Assembly (NCBI GenBank): GCA_913061215.1
Contig: CAJXSQ010000001.1
Span: 1 to 56,113, forward strand
DNA length: 56,113 nt
Direction: 5' to 3'
From: an uncultured Synechococcus sp.
GTDB lineage: Bacteria > Cyanobacteriota > Cyanobacteriia > PCC-6307 > Cyanobiaceae
Shown: in pieces, positions 32,540 through 43,782 of the stretch
Numbering within the stretch: position 1 is the first letter of the stretch
Layout of the letters: the number at the start of each line of letters is the position of its first letter
Translations under genes and position numbers: made by a program
The notes under the pieces: generated by a model
The model's input: the letters and a program-made list of their open reading frames with translations, nothing else
What the model was told of the DNA's origin: nothing
The model's database searches: none

Positions 32540-32637
32540 AGGCGCAAGCGGGAGCAAAAGTCATCGTATGGGTTGGCTTTCTGCGGCAGCCCGGCGGTGA
32601 GATGCTGCGCTCGTGCACAACAGGGAGCGAAGCCAGG

Positions 32638-34044
32638 GTGACGCCAGCCAGCAGGCCCGAGACCAGGCCAGGAGGGAGCGGTGCCCCAGGGTGGAAGGTG
32701 GCGCTGGCGCTGTTGAGCCTCGCCCTGAGCCTGCTGCTCTGGCTGAACGGCCTGATCGACAGCCTCAGCCGACCCTCGGTGGGCAACGACCTCAACCGGC
32801 GCCAGCTGGAGCTGGCGGTGCTGGCGGAGCCCAGCCTCAGCGGGCCGCTGCGGCCCCTGCTGGCCGGGGCTGATCCGCTGGCAACCCTCAATGAGGCCCT
32901 GAAGAACGACACCGCCACGGCCGAGGAGAGCGGTGCCGGCAGCAACGCCGATCAACAGCTGGAGCGGGCGCTGCTGCTGCAGCGGCAAGGAGAGGCGCAA
33001 GAGGCCCGCACCCTGCTGCAACAACTGGCCGATGGACCGGGCCCCCTCTCAGGGCTGGCCCAGGCACTGCTCAGCGGTGAACAACCCGTCACCGCGGCCG
33101 AGCGCGAGGCCTGGATCGCCACGCTGCCCCAGGGCGGCCTGCTGCGGGTCTGGAGCTGTGAGGCCCTCGGCGGGGGCGACAGCTGCAACCTCGCCGCCAC
33201 CAGTCGCCGGGCAGCCCTGCAGCTGATGGCCGTGACGCTGCTGCCGGTGCTGCTGCTGCTGCTGGGATCAGGGCTTCTGCTGCGGGAGCTGTGGCGGCGC
33301 TGGCGCGGCCGGGCGGCCGCGCCGCCGGCCCTGCAGGGCCCCGCCCTCAGCGGTGTGGATGCGGTGCTGCTGATCGCCGGCGGCTTCGTGATGATCGGCG
33401 AGGTGCTCACACCGCTGGTTGTGGCGCCGCTGCTCACGGCGGTGCTGCAGCAGCTGGCGATCACCAGTCCCCTGCGGGAGGGAATCACCGTGGTGAGCCT
33501 CTACCTCGCCCTGATGGCAGGTCCGCTGTTGATCCTGGCCTTGATGCTGCAGGGCCTCGGCGGCAAGGGCAGCCTGGAGTTCCGCTGGCCTCCGCTGAGC
33601 CGCAGCCTGCGGGAGGCCCTGCAGGGATTTCTGATGGTGCTGCCCCTGGTGAGCCTGGTGGGCTGGATTCAGGGCCAGCTCTGGGGGGATGCCGGCGGCA
33701 GCAACCCGTTGCTGGAGCTGGTGCTCAACAGCCACAACGTGCCGGCCCTGGCCTGCTTTGGCGTCACGGCTGTGGTGCTGGCGCCGTGGTTCGAGGAAAC
33801 GATCTTCCGCGGCGCCCTGCTGCCGGTGGCGGGCCGCCGGCTGGGGGAAGCCGGCGGCATCCTGCTCAGCGCCAGCGTGTTCGCCGTGGCTCACCTCAGC
33901 CTCGGGGAACTGCTGCCGCTGCTGGTGCTGGGTCTCGGCCTGGGCTGGCTGCGCTGGAGCAGCGGGCGCCTGGGCAGCTGCGTGCTGATGCATGCCCTGT
34001 GGAACGCCCTCACCTTCGCCAATCTGGTGGTGCTGGGCTGGTAG
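32638..34044 (+). CDS. CPBP/CAAX (Abi) intramembrane metalloprotease
   Basis: APWFEETIFRG, FAVAH, MHALWN. Confidence 0.9.
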   Translation: MTPASRPETRPGGSGAPGWKVALALLSLALSLLLWLNGLIDSLSRPSVGNDLNRRQLELAVLAEPSLSGPLRPLLAGADPLATLNEALKNDTATAEESGAGSNADQQLERALLLQRQGEAQEARTLLQQLADGPGPLSGLAQALLSGEQPVTAAEREAWIATLPQGGLLRVWSCEALGGGDSCNLAATSRRAALQLMAVTLLPVLLLLLGSGLLLRELWRRWRGRAAAPPALQGPALSGVDAVLLIAGGFVMIGEVLTPLVVAPLLTAVLQQLAITSPLREGITVVSLYLALMAGPLLILALMLQGLGGKGSLEFRWPPLSRSLREALQGFLMVLPLVSLVGWIQGQLWGDAGGSNPLLELVLNSHNVPALACFGVTAVVLAPWFEETIFRGALLPVAGRRLGEAGGILLSASVFAVAHLSLGELLPLLVLGLGLGWLRWSSGRLGSCVLMHALWNALTFANLVVLGW

Positions 34045-34077
34045 CGGAGCAGCAGGTGAGTCGCAATTGACGACAAC

Positions 34078-34101
34078 GCCCCTTGCTGGGTGGCAAGGGG
34101 C
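34078..34101. promoter_or_regulatory. Perfect 9-bp inverted repeat upstream of the ftsL-like/ftsI pair
   Basis: gccccttgc-tgggtg-gcaaggggc with no U-tract on either side. Confidence 0.5.
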
Positions 34102-34133
34102 ATGGTTCACTTGCGCAGTTCAGCAACACACCT

Positions 34134-34580
34134 GTGGTCGCCGCACCGCTCCAACAGACCCAGGTGGGTCAACGGCGACCCCCAGCGCGTCCCCTGGAAC
34201 TGATCCAGGGATCTCTTTCATCCCGGCGGGCCGATCAGCAATCACCGCTGCTCGGCAACCTGCATCGCATCGCCGATGGCAGCCTGCTCGGGCTGGGCAT
34301 CGCCGTGCTTGGTCTGAGCGGGCTGACGCTGCACTGGCAGGGCCAGTGGACCCACAACTTCCAGAAACTGGAAGCCGCGCAGCGGCTGGAGCATCGCCTG
34401 CAGGAATCCGCGGCCGTGCTGGAGCAGCACCATCTCGCGATGACCCGCAGGCCTGCCCTGCTGGAGCCCACCAGCAGCGAGAAGCTGGTGTACCTGGAAG
34501 CCCCCGGCAACGGCTCCGCCTCCCCGCTGCGCACCCTGCTGGCCCAGGTGAATCCCCGTCAGATCCTGCCGGGCTACTGA
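34134..34580 (+). CDS. Single-TM coiled-coil protein, FtsL-like candidate
   Basis: TM GSLLGLGIAVLGLSGLTL followed by a leucine heptad coil; TGATG coupling to ftsI. Confidence 0.65.
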   Translation: MVAAPLQQTQVGQRRPPARPLELIQGSLSSRRADQQSPLLGNLHRIADGSLLGLGIAVLGLSGLTLHWQGQWTHNFQKLEAAQRLEHRLQESAAVLEQHHLAMTRRPALLEPTSSEKLVYLEAPGNGSASPLRTLLAQVNPRQILPGY

Positions 34581-36394
34581 TGGCGGTGCACCGCCTGGAA
34601 GGTCGCCGGCCGGCACCACGGGCCAACAGCACCTCGGTGCGGCAGCGGCGGGTGCTGCAGCTTTCGCCGGTGCCGGCCGGCCGCCTCTGGCTGGTGTATC
34701 TCTTGATGGCAACAGGCCTTGTGGGCCTGGCCGCTCGCCTGGCCTGGGTGCAGGTGGTGCAGGGGCCTGAACTGCGCAACCGCGCCCGGGCGGTGCAGAC
34801 CCAGACGATCACCCCGCTGGGGCGTCGCCGCACCATCGTGGATCGCCAGGGCAGCCTGGTGGCCCTGGATGAAGAGCGGTTCACCCTCTGGGCCCACCCG
34901 CGCTACTTCGCCTTCCCCGGCGATGACATCGGCAAGCTGCGCAGCCCCCTGGACGTGGCCCGCAAGCTCTCCAGCGTGCTGGCGGTTCCCATGGCCGAGC
35001 TGGTGCGGGCGATGGAGGGACGCAAATCCGGCGTGAAGCTGGCCACCGATCTCGACCCGGAAACGGCACAACGGGTGCGGCAACTCGGCATCAGCGGGGT
35101 GGATCTCGAGGCCTACCCGCAGCGGGTGTACCCGCAGGGCAGCCTGTTCGCGAATGTGGTGGGTTTCCTCAATCTGGAGCGGGTTCCCCAGGCGGGCCTG
35201 GAGCAGAGCCGCAACCGCGACCTGCGCCGCCATGAGGCCACCCGGCAGCTGCGCCGCGGCGCCGATGGCACCCCGCTGCCGGATGGCCTCAAGGCCGGTG
35301 TGCTCTACGGCGACGACCTGCGCCTGCAGCTCACCCTCGATTCGCGCCTGCAGCAGGTGGCCCAGATGGCGCTCACCAAACAGGTGAAGCAGTGGAAGGC
35401 CAAGCGGGGTGTGGCCCTGGTGATGGACGTGCGCAACGGCGAGCTGCTGGCCCTGGCCTCCACGCCCACCTACGACCCGAACCGCTTCTGGAAATTCAAG
35501 CCGGGGCTGTTCCGTGAATGGTCGGTGCAGGACCTCTACGAGCCCGGCTCCACGTTCAAACCGATCAACCTGGCCATCGCGCTGCAGGAAAACGCGATTG
35601 ATCCGGGCGGCAAGGTGAACGACAACGGCCAGCTCACGATCGGTGGCTGGCCGATCTTCAACCACGACAAGCGGGCCAACGGCCTGATCGATTTCCCCAC
35701 GGTGCTGCAGGTGTCCAGCAACGTGGCGATGGTGAAGGCGATGCAACGGGTGAAACCCGAGAAGTTCTGGACCTGGCTGCACGCCCTCGGCATCGACACC
35801 AAGCCCGACACCGATCTGCCCGGTGCGGTGGCGGGTCAGCTGAAATCCAAGGAAACCTTCCGCACCCAGCCGATCGAACCGGCCACCGCCGCCTTCGGCC
35901 AGGGCTTCAACCTCACGCCACTGAAGCTGATTCAGTTGCACGCCATGCTCTCCAACGGCGGCAAGCTGGTGAGCCCCCACATCACCCGCGGCCTGCGCTC
36001 CGGCGACGATCTCGCCCCGGCGCCGCCGGCATCCGGCGTGCAGCTGATCAAACCGGAGATCGCCCAGACGGTTCTCAACTGGATGGAGACCGTGGTGGAG
36101 AAGGGCAGCGGCAAGGGCACCGCCATCCCCGGCCACCGCATCGGCGGCAAAACCGGCACGGCCCAGAAGGCGGAGAACGGCGTTTACATCTCCGGTGCCC
36201 GCATCACCAGCTTCGTGGCCCATCTGCCGATCAACGACCCGCGCTACGTGGTGCTGGTGGTGGTGGATGAGCCGAAAGGCGGGAATGCCTACGGTTCCAC
36301 CGTGGCGGTGCCGGTGGCACGGCAGATCATCGAAGCGCTTCTGGTGATCGAGAAGATTCCCCCCAGCAAGCCCATCGCTGCCAAGAGCCGGTAA
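34580..36394 (+). CDS. ftsI: Class B penicillin-binding protein (FtsI/PBP3 type)
   Basis: RRTIVDR, RVYPQG, GLEQ, YEPGSTFK (SxxK), SSN, KTGTAQK. Confidence 0.92.
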   Translation: MAVHRLEGRRPAPRANSTSVRQRRVLQLSPVPAGRLWLVYLLMATGLVGLAARLAWVQVVQGPELRNRARAVQTQTITPLGRRRTIVDRQGSLVALDEERFTLWAHPRYFAFPGDDIGKLRSPLDVARKLSSVLAVPMAELVRAMEGRKSGVKLATDLDPETAQRVRQLGISGVDLEAYPQRVYPQGSLFANVVGFLNLERVPQAGLEQSRNRDLRRHEATRQLRRGADGTPLPDGLKAGVLYGDDLRLQLTLDSRLQQVAQMALTKQVKQWKAKRGVALVMDVRNGELLALASTPTYDPNRFWKFKPGLFREWSVQDLYEPGSTFKPINLAIALQENAIDPGGKVNDNGQLTIGGWPIFNHDKRANGLIDFPTVLQVSSNVAMVKAMQRVKPEKFWTWLHALGIDTKPDTDLPGAVAGQLKSKETFRTQPIEPATAAFGQGFNLTPLKLIQLHAMLSNGGKLVSPHITRGLRSGDDLAPAPPASGVQLIKPEIAQTVLNWMETVVEKGSGKGTAIPGHRIGGKTGTAQKAENGVYISGARITSFVAHLPINDPRYVVLVVVDEPKGGNAYGSTVAVPVARQIIEALLVIEKIPPSKPIAAKSR

Positions 36395-36463
36395 CCGCTT
36401 GATGACAGAGGCGGTGCATCGCGGTTGCGCTGGCTAGCTTGTGGCCAACTCACGGGGCCCTGC

Positions 36464-37636
36464 ATGGCCAACCTGCTTGATCAACTGGCCGCCATGACGG
36501 TGGTGGTCGCCGACACCGGTGACATCGACGCCATCCGCCAGTTCACGCCGCGGGACGCCACCACCAACCCCTCGCTGATCCTGGCGGCGGCCCAGATCCC
36601 CCAGTACCAGAACCTGATCGATCGATCGCTGCAGCAGTCGCGCGAGGTGTGCGGCGCTCAGGCCCCGGCCGAGGAGGTGGTGCGCGAGGCCCTCGATGAG
36701 ATCTGCGTGACCTTCGGCAGCGAGATCCTCAAGATCGTGCCCGGACGCGTGTCCACCGAGGTGGATGCACGCCTCAGCTTCGACACCGAAGCCACGATCA
36801 CCAAGGCGCGCAAACTGATCGGCCTCTACCGCCAGGCCGGCATCGGCCGCGATCGGGTGCTGATCAAGATCGCCTCCACCTGGGAGGGCATCAAAGCCGC
36901 GGAGGTGCTGGAGAAGGAGGGGATCCACTGCAACCTCACCCTGCTGTTCAGCTTCGCCCAGGCCGTGGCCGCCGCCGAGGCCGGCGTCACGCTGATCTCG
37001 CCCTTCGTGGGGCGCATCCTCGACTGGTACAAGAAGAGCACCGGCCGCGAGAGCTATCCCGGCCCTGAGGATCCGGGCGTGGTGTCGGTGACCCAGATCT
37101 TCAACTACTTCAAGACCTACGGCTACAAAACCGAGGTGATGGGAGCCAGCTTCCGCAATATCGACGAGATCATCGAGCTGGCCGGCTGCGATCTGCTCAC
37201 CATCTCCCCGAAACTGCTCGATCAGCTGCGCAACACCCAGGGCGAGCTCACCCGCAAGCTCAACGCCTTCAATCCGGCCCCCACCGAGCAGCAGATCCAT
37301 CTGGATCGCGCCGGCTTCGCGGCGATGATGCAGAAGGATCCGATGGCCACGGAGAAACTGCAGGAGGGGATCACCGGTTTCTCCCGCGCCATTGAAACCC
37401 TGGAGGCGCAGCTGGCCCACCGGCTGGGTGAACTGGAGGGTGCCAGCGCCTTCCAGCACGCCGCCCAGGAGATCTTCCTGCTCAATGATCTCGATGGCGA
37501 TGGCTGCATCACCCGGGAGGAATGGCTGGGCAGCGACGCCGTGTTCGATGCGCTCGACACCGACCACGACGGCCGCCTGATGCCGGCCGATGTGCGAGGT
37601 GGCCTCGGCGCGGCCCTGGCCATCAGCGTTTCTTAA
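36464..37636 (+). CDS. tal: Transaldolase with C-terminal EF-hand pair
   Basis: [39 protein letters not shown]; [12 protein letters not shown] and DTDHDGRL loops. Confidence 0.96.
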   Translation: MANLLDQLAAMTVVVADTGDIDAIRQFTPRDATTNPSLILAAAQIPQYQNLIDRSLQQSREVCGAQAPAEEVVREALDEICVTFGSEILKIVPGRVSTEVDARLSFDTEATITKARKLIGLYRQAGIGRDRVLIKIASTWEGIKAAEVLEKEGIHCNLTLLFSFAQAVAAAEAGVTLISPFVGRILDWYKKSTGRESYPGPEDPGVVSVTQIFNYFKTYGYKTEVMGASFRNIDEIIELAGCDLLTISPKLLDQLRNTQGELTRKLNAFNPAPTEQQIHLDRAGFAAMMQKDPMATEKLQEGITGFSRAIETLEAQLAHRLGELEGASAFQHAAQEIFLLNDLDGDGCITREEWLGSDAVFDALDTDHDGRLMPADVRGGLGAALAISVS

Positions 37637-37678
37637 CCTGATTGCCCCACACTGGTGGGCACTGCATTGTCATCTCCC

Positions 37679-38059
37679 TTGAACGCACTTGACACCATGC
37701 GTGCCCTGGCCAGTCAGGGTGAAGTGCTCGATGTTCCGGCCGGTGAGCTGATCTTCCGCTCCGGTGAAACCGGCGACTGCATGTTCGGCGTGCTGGAGGG
37801 CAGTGTGGAGCTGAGCTGGAACGAAGAAGGCGGCCAGGAGATCATCCAGGCCGGCGATGTGTTCGGCGCCGGTGCCCTGGTGACATCCGAGCACCGGCGT
37901 TATGGCAGCGCCACCGCCCTGAGCGACTGCAAGGTGCTGGTGATGAACCGCGAGAAATTTCTCTTCGCCGTTCAGGAATCGCCGATGTTCGCCATCGAGC
38001 TGCTCGGCTCGATCGACAAGCGCCTGCGGCAACTCAAGGACTGCACCAAATTCAGCTGA
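37679..38059 (+). CDS. Stand-alone cyclic-nucleotide-binding domain protein
   Basis: IFRSGETGDCMFGVLEG.V, GDVFG, RYGSATA; no HTH; start 37655-37697. Confidence 0.85.
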   Translation: MNALDTMRALASQGEVLDVPAGELIFRSGETGDCMFGVLEGSVELSWNEEGGQEIIQAGDVFGAGALVTSEHRRYGSATALSDCKVLVMNREKFLFAVQESPMFAIELLGSIDKRLRQLKDCTKFS

Positions 38060-38071
38060 GCCGCCAGCGGG

Positions 38072-39220
38072 CTAACGGCGCTGGAACAGCAGGCGTTTGA
38101 TCACCCGCTGAGCAATGTCGCCGTAGCCCATCTCCCCGGAGAGAATCTGGGCGATGCGCTGCGGTGCCGTGGGGCGCTTGATCCCGAGCTGATAGCCCAC
38201 CTTGGGCACGCGGTAGAACACCTGCGCGATGCGCCGGCCCCAGGCCATCGATTCACCCCATTCCCGGCGCATCACCGCGCTGTAGTCCGCCAGGGGGGCC
38301 CCGCTGGCCAACCAGCGATCGAGCGCCTCAGCCGCACGCACGCCGCTGAGCAGCGCCGGGCGCAGCCCCTCCGCCAGAAAGGGATCGCACAACGAAGCCG
38401 CATCACCCACAGCCACGGCACCATCGGAACGATGCAGGTCGTGGTGGCCGTCCCACACCCGCAGGGGGGAGCTCAGCCGCACCCCGGCATCGGCGGGCAA
38501 CCCCAGGCTGGGCAGCAGCTGGGCCAGAACCGTATCGGCATCCAGATCGTCCTTGCCGATGAAGCTGCCCACCCCGATGCTGTAGCCGCCGCGGCGGGGG
38601 AAGGCCCAGCAGAAGCCATGCCGCACCAGGCCGAACTCAAAGCGGGCGGTGTTCGGCTCCGCCACATCGGCATCCACCTCCACCGCCACGGCACGGGCGT
38701 AGCGGGGGCGGGGATTGCCCAGACCCAGCTCCGCAGCGAAGCGCGACTGAGAGCCATCGGCCACCACCACGGCACGGGCGGCGTAGCGCTCAGCGCCAGC
38801 CTCCACAACCCAGTGGTCGCCATCGCGCTGGATCGACGACACCAGGCAGCCATCACGCAGCTGGGCGCCGGCCGCCACCGCCTGCTGGCTGATGAACTGA
38901 TCCAGCCTGGAGCGCTGCACGATCCAGAAGGGTGAATCGCCCGGCAGCACCGCCGTGACCGGATCCTCAAGGCACCAGGTGAAGCGCACCTGCTCGATCA
39001 CCTGATCCACCACGGGGGTGAGATCAAAGGGAAACCAGCGCTGCACGGAGGCCGCCATGCCACCACCGCAGGGCTTGCTCCGGGGCATGCTCTGGCCTTC
39101 GAGCAGCAGCACCCCATGGCCGCGGGCAGCCAGGTGGAAGGCGGCTGCAGCACCGGCCGCCCCAGCGCCAACAACAACGACGTCAAGCATGTGCGCTGAG
39201 CCCACTGGAGCGGAGCTCAC
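38072..39220 (-). CDS. Geranylgeranyl-reductase-family FAD-dependent oxidoreductase
   Basis: [26 protein letters not shown]...DPF.AEG; GTGA coupling to frr. Confidence 0.88.
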   Translation of the reverse strand: MSSAPVGSAHMLDVVVVGAGAAGAAAAFHLAARGHGVLLLEGQSMPRSKPCGGGMAASVQRWFPFDLTPVVDQVIEQVRFTWCLEDPVTAVLPGDSPFWIVQRSRLDQFISQQAVAAGAQLRDGCLVSSIQRDGDHWVVEAGAERYAARAVVVADGSQSRFAAELGLGNPRPRYARAVAVEVDADVAEPNTARFEFGLVRHGFCWAFPRRGGYSIGVGSFIGKDDLDADTVLAQLLPSLGLPADAGVRLSSPLRVWDGHHDLHRSDGAVAVGDAASLCDPFLAEGLRPALLSGVRAAEALDRWLASGAPLADYSAVMRREWGESMAWGRRIAQVFYRVPKVGYQLGIKRPTAPQRIAQILSGEMGYGDIAQRVIKRLLFQRR

Positions 39221-39768
39221 ACCTTGAGGATGTCGGCTTCTTTGTCGGCCAGCAGCTTCTCGATCTCAGCGATGAACTTATCGGTGAGCTTCTGCACCTT
39301 GTCCTGCTCGTCGCGGCTCTGATCCTCCGAGAGCTCGCCCTCCTTCTCCTGCTTCTTCACCTTGTCGATGGCATCGCGGCGCACATTGCGCAGGGCCACC
39401 TTGCCCTCTTCGGCATATTTGGCCGCCAGCTTGCACAGCTCCTTGCGGCGATCCTCGGTGAGGGGCGGGATGTTGATGCGGATCAGCTTGCCGTCGTTGT
39501 TGCAGGTGAGGCCCAGATCGCTCATGGCGATCGCCTTCTCGATCAAGGCCAGCGAGCCGGCATCAAAGGGCTGCAGCTGAATGGTGGAGGAATCGGGGGT
39601 GCTGATCGTGGCCAGCGACTTCAGCGGCGTATCGGCGCCGTAGTACTCCACCTGGATCTTGTCGAGCAGGGAGGCGTTGGCGCGGCCGGTGCGGATGGTG
39701 TTGAAGGTGCGCTGGGTGGCATCCACCGACTTGCGCATGCTGGCTTCGAGGCTGGCGTCGTGATCCAT
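39217..39768 (-). CDS. frr: Ribosome recycling factor
   Basis: [33 protein letters not shown]. Confidence 0.96.
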   Translation of the reverse strand: MDHDASLEASMRKSVDATQRTFNTIRTGRANASLLDKIQVEYYGADTPLKSLATISTPDSSTIQLQPFDAGSLALIEKAIAMSDLGLTCNNDGKLIRINIPPLTEDRRKELCKLAAKYAEEGKVALRNVRRDAIDKVKKQEKEGELSEDQSRDEQDKVQKLTDKFIAEIEKLLADKEADILKV

Positions 39769-39793
39769 TGGAGGCTGACGGAAGAAAAAGGGC

Positions 39794-40507
39794 TCAGGCC
39801 GTGGGCAGGATGCTGGTGCCGATGGGTTCACCGCGCACCGCCCGGCCGATGTTGCCGGCACCGAACAGATCAAACACCACGATGGGGATGGCGTTGTCCT
39901 TGCACAGGGCGATGGCGGTGCTGTCCATCACCTCCAGCTCGCCGCTGAGCACATCGAGGAAGGAGAGGCTCTCGTAGCGCACGGCGTCGGCGTGCTTGTT
40001 GGGGTCCTTGTCGTAGACCCCGTCCACCTTGGTGGCCTTGAACACCACATCGGCACCGATCTCGGCGGCGCGCAGGGCAGCGGTGGTGTCGGTGGTGAAG
40101 AAGGGATTGCCAGTGCCGGCGGCAAAGATCACCACGCGGCCCTTCTCCATGTGGCGGATCGCCCGGCGGCGGATGTAGGGCTCCGCCACCTCCTGCATCG
40201 AAATGGCGCTCTGCACCCGGGTGGGGATGCCGGCGCGCTCGAGGCCGTCCTGCAGGGTGATGGCATTCATCACCGTGGCGAGCATGCCCACGTAGTCGGC
40301 CGTGGCCCGGTCCATGCCGGCGGCGGATCCCTTGAGGCCGCGGAAGATGTTGCCGCCGCCCACCACGATCGCCAGCTGGGTGCCGTCGGCCACCACTGCC
40401 GCCACATCCTTGGCAATGGCGTTCACGATGGCGGGATCGATGCCGTAGCCCTGTTCACCCATCAGGGCTTCACCACTGAGCTTGAGCAACACGCGCTGAT
40501 AGGCCAT
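39794..40507 (-). CDS. pyrH: UMP kinase
   Basis: [35 protein letters not shown]. Confidence 0.97.
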   Translation of the reverse strand: MAYQRVLLKLSGEALMGEQGYGIDPAIVNAIAKDVAAVVADGTQLAIVVGGGNIFRGLKGSAAGMDRATADYVGMLATVMNAITLQDGLERAGIPTRVQSAISMQEVAEPYIRRRAIRHMEKGRVVIFAAGTGNPFFTTDTTAALRAAEIGADVVFKATKVDGVYDKDPNKHADAVRYESLSFLDVLSGELEVMDSTAIALCKDNAIPIVVFDLFGAGNIGRAVRGEPIGTSILPTA

Positions 40508-40579
40508 CCGTTCGCGCTTGCACGTCAGTTGGCCGAACAGTAGCAAGCGTGAGATCCCTTGCCGAACCTGGCTCCAGCC

Positions 40580-41245
40580 TCAGAACTCGATGCCGGCCTG
40601 GGCCTTCACCCCCTGCTCACGGAAGGGGTGGCGCAGCAGCTTCATCTCCGTCACCAGGTCGGCCCGCTCCAGCAGCCCCGCCGGTGCGCCGCGGCCGGTG
40701 AGGGCCACGTGGGTGAGCGGCGGCCGCAGGGCCAGCCCCTCCAGCACCTGCTCGAGCTCCAGATACCCGAGCTTGAGGGCCACATTCACCTCATCGAGCA
40801 CCACCAGCTTGCGGTCGGCAGCGGCGAGGTAATCGAGCGAGCGCTGCCAGGCCTGCTGCACCAGCTGGCGATCGCGGTCGCGGTCCTGGGTTTCCCAGGT
40901 GAAGCCCTCGCCCAGGGCATGCCAGTGGAGCGACTCCCCGAACAGCTCCAGCGCCCGCGCCTCGCCGGGATGCCAGCCGCCCTTGATGAACTGCACCACC
41001 GCCACCTGCTCGCCATGGCCGAGGGTGCGCAGCACCAGACCCAGGGCTGCGGTGGTCTTGCCCTTGCCATCGCCGGTGAACACCAGCACCAGACCCTTCT
41101 CGAGGTTGCGCTCCCCCACCCGCTGCTGCTGCACCTCCTTGCGGCGCGCCATGCGGCGGCGGTAGCCGTCCTCGCTGGTTTCCGGCGCGAGTGAGCCGCC
41201 CATCCCCAGCTCAGCGGCGGCCTGATCGAGCTGCTCGGAAGGCAC
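40580..41245 (-). CDS. cobO: Cob(I)yrinic acid a,c-diamide adenosyltransferase
   Basis: [39 protein letters not shown]; start approximate. Confidence 0.93.
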   Translation of the reverse strand: MPSEQLDQAAAELGMGGSLAPETSEDGYRRRMARRKEVQQQRVGERNLEKGLVLVFTGDGKGKTTAALGLVLRTLGHGEQVAVVQFIKGGWHPGEARALELFGESLHWHALGEGFTWETQDRDRDRQLVQQAWQRSLDYLAAADRKLVVLDEVNVALKLGYLELEQVLEGLALRPPLTHVALTGRGAPAGLLERADLVTEMKLLRHPFREQGVKAQAGIEF

Positions 41246-41286
41246 GGAGGGCGGGGGCGGCTGCGCGCACTCTGGCAAGGGCGGGC

Positions 41287-42495
41287 TCAGGCTGCCGAGC
41301 GCGCCCGGGCCAGGGCCGCATCCACCGCCTGCTGCTGATCGCGGCGGGTGATCCAGTGGTGGTAGGTGCGGGTGTGGATCGCCACGGAGTGACCCATCAT
41401 CCGGGCGGCCACCGTGTCGGGCAGACCGATGTGGATCGTGCGCACCGCCCAGGCATGGCGCAGGTCGTAGGGGGTGAGGGGCAGCTCGTAGCGCCGGAAC
41501 TGCTCCGCCACGCGGCGACCCACCTGCTGCAGCGTGGTGCGGCGCAGATCGGTGCACACCGCCGGCAGCAGGGCTCGGTCTTCCCCGAGCCGCGGCAGCT
41601 CAAAGCGCTCCACCCACTCCGGCTGAAACGGCCACACCTGATGCTCGCCGGTCTTGCTGGTGGGCAGCACACGGATCACGCCGTCGCCGCCGGGCGCCAG
41701 GGCGGAGAGATCACTGAAGAACACCTCGTGGTTGCGCAGGCCATAGGCCGCCATCAGGCCGTAGGCCAGGCGCCAGCGGGGGTTGGGGATGCGCTCGAGC
41801 CAGTCGATGATCTGCGTGTCGCTGGGCAGCTGGCGGAACTGGGCCGCATGCAGGCCGTAGCCGCCGGCGCGATCAGCCCAATCCGGCGGCAGCGGCAGCC
41901 CTTCAGCCCGCGCCAGCGCCGCCAGGGCGGTGCCGCACTGCTGGCGGCCGCGGCTGGCCAGGGGGTAGCTCTCCAGCACCGCCTCCAGCAAGGCCGTGTC
42001 GAGCGGAGTCTGCCGCTGCTCCGCCAGCCGCTGCAGCCGGCGCAGATAGGGCAGGTAGGCGCTGGTCCAGGTGGTGCGGCAACCGGCGGGATTGCGGCGG
42101 CGGCGAGGATCGCTGAAGAAGCTGCGCTCGAACTGCTCGATCGCTTGCTCCACCACCGGTGCGGCACCGCTGGCGGGGGCCACCGCGGCCGTGGCGGGTG
42201 CCGCGGCGCGCTCGCTGCCCCAGTCGCTCCAGCGAAAGCTCTGCTGCTGCAACTGCTGCACCACACGGCGCAGGGCCGTGCGGGCCTGCTCCAGGCCCTC
42301 CTGGCTGGCGGGCAGACCCAGGCTGATGCGCTGCACCCGCAGGCGGCCGGTTCCCTGGCGGCAGGGCAGGGGACCGCGCAGCGCCAGGCGCTGACCGCGG
42401 CGCTCCAGCCGCAGGCCCACCCCGCCGGCAGCCAGCAGGGCGTTGTGATCACGGATCGCTCGATCGAGGGCCTCGAGCAGCGGATCCGCGTCCAT
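41287..42495 (-). CDS. Tyrosine recombinase (XisA/XisC-like site-specific integrase family)
   Basis: YGLRNHE (Arg), SKTG (Lys), YDLRH, MMGHS and TRTY (Tyr nucleophile). Confidence 0.88.
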   Translation of the reverse strand: MDADPLLEALDRAIRDHNALLAAGGVGLRLERRGQRLALRGPLPCRQGTGRLRVQRISLGLPASQEGLEQARTALRRVVQQLQQQSFRWSDWGSERAAAPATAAVAPASGAAPVVEQAIEQFERSFFSDPRRRRNPAGCRTTWTSAYLPYLRRLQRLAEQRQTPLDTALLEAVLESYPLASRGRQQCGTALAALARAEGLPLPPDWADRAGGYGLHAAQFRQLPSDTQIIDWLERIPNPRWRLAYGLMAAYGLRNHEVFFSDLSALAPGGDGVIRVLPTSKTGEHQVWPFQPEWVERFELPRLGEDRALLPAVCTDLRRTTLQQVGRRVAEQFRRYELPLTPYDLRHAWAVRTIHIGLPDTVAARMMGHSVAIHTRTYHHWITRRDQQQAVDAALARARSAA

Positions 42496-42606
42496 CAGCC
42501 AGCGGCGCTCAGGCGCTGCAGACGTTATCGAGCCAGCGGCGCGACGGCCAGGGCTGAGCCAGCAGCGTTACGCTCGTCGCCGTCCTCCACTGGAAGCTCC
42601 CCGGGC

Positions 42607-43782
42607 ATGGCCAAGGTCGGCGTGCTGCTGCTGAACCTCGGCGGCCCTGAACGCATTCAGGATGTGGGGCCGTTCCTCTACAACCTGTTCGCGGACCCGG
42701 AGATCATCCGGCTGCCGAACCCGGCGCTGCAGAAGCCCCTGGCCTGGTTGATCAGCACCCTGCGAGCCGGCAAATCCCAGGCGGCCTATCGCTCCATCGG
42801 CGGCGGCTCACCCCTGCGGCGCATCACCGAACAACAGGCGCGGGAGCTGCAGAGCAGCCTGCGCCAGCGCGGCATCGAGGCCACCAGCTACGTGGCGATG
42901 CGCTACTGGCACCCATTCACCGAATCCGCCGTGGCCGACATCAAGGCCGATGGCATCGATGAGGTGGTGGTGCTGCCGCTCTACCCCCACTTCTCGATCA
43001 GCACCAGCGGCTCCAGCTTCCGCGAGCTGCAGCGGCTGCGCCAGGCCGATCCGGCCTTCGCCCGTCTGCCGATCCGCTGCATCCGCAGTTACTACGACGA
43101 TCCGGGCTACATCGGCGCCATGGCCGAGCTGATCGCCCGGGAGATCCAGGCCTGCCCGGATCCCGCCAGCGCCCATGTGTTCTTCAGCGCCCACGGCGTG
43201 CCGAAGAGCTACGTGGAGGAAGCGGGCGATCCGTATCAGCAGGAGATCGAAACCTGCGCCCGGCTGATCATGGAGCGGCTGCAGCAGCAGCTGGGCCACC
43301 GCAACCCGTTCACCCTCGCCTATCAGAGCCGTGTGGGCCCGGTGGAATGGCTCAAGCCCTACACCGACGACGCCCTGCACGAACTGGGTGAACAGGGCGT
43401 GAAGGACCTGGTGGTGGTGCCGATCAGCTTCGTGAGCGAGCACATCGAAACGCTCGAGGAGATCGACATCGAATACCGGGAGATCGCCACCGAAGCCGGC
43501 ATCACCAACTTCCGCCGCGTGCCGGCGCTCGACACCAGCCCCGCCTTCATCGAAGGGCTGGCCCACCTGGTGCAGCACGCCCTGGAAGGCCCGGAGGTGA
43601 ACCTGGATCAGGCGGCGGCGCTGCCCACCACGGTGAAGCTCTATCCCCAGGACAAGTGGGCCTGGGGCTGGAACAACAGCTCGGAGGTGTGGAACGGGCG
43701 CTTGGCAATGCTCGGCTTCTCCGCTTTCCTGCTGGAGCTGCTCAGCGGCCGTGGCCCGCTTCACTCCCTGGGATTGCTGTAA
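42607..43782 (+). CDS. hemH: Ferrochelatase with C-terminal CAB/HLIP domain
   Basis: [37 protein letters not shown]; [11 protein letters not shown]. Confidence 0.96.
   Translation: MAKVGVLLLNLGGPERIQDVGPFLYNLFADPEIIRLPNPALQKPLAWLISTLRAGKSQAAYRSIGGGSPLRRITEQQARELQSSLRQRGIEATSYVAMRYWHPFTESAVADIKADGIDEVVVLPLYPHFSISTSGSSFRELQRLRQADPAFARLPIRCIRSYYDDPGYIGAMAELIAREIQACPDPASAHVFFSAHGVPKSYVEEAGDPYQQEIETCARLIMERLQQQLGHRNPFTLAYQSRVGPVEWLKPYTDDALHELGEQGVKDLVVVPISFVSEHIETLEEIDIEYREIATEAGITNFRRVPALDTSPAFIEGLAHLVQHALEGPEVNLDQAAALPTTVKLYPQDKWAWGWNNSSEVWNGRLAMLGFSAFLLELLSGRGPLHSLGLL

Noticed and set aside
33992-34579. Long N-terminal extension of FtsI
   Set aside because: Overlaps the FtsL-like ORF in another frame; TGATG coupling points to ATG 34580
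41287-42495. Integrase as marker of a prophage or genomic island
   Set aside because: No phage genes, tRNA target, direct repeats or composition change visible nearby
41191-42606. Apparent 470-aa N-terminal extension of ferrochelatase in the ORF track
   Set aside because: It lies antisense to the recombinase; the family start [13 protein letters not shown] is at 42607
43660-43782. CAB motif as a separate hli gene
   Set aside because: It is in frame with hemH and is the known C-terminal domain of cyanobacterial ferrochelatase
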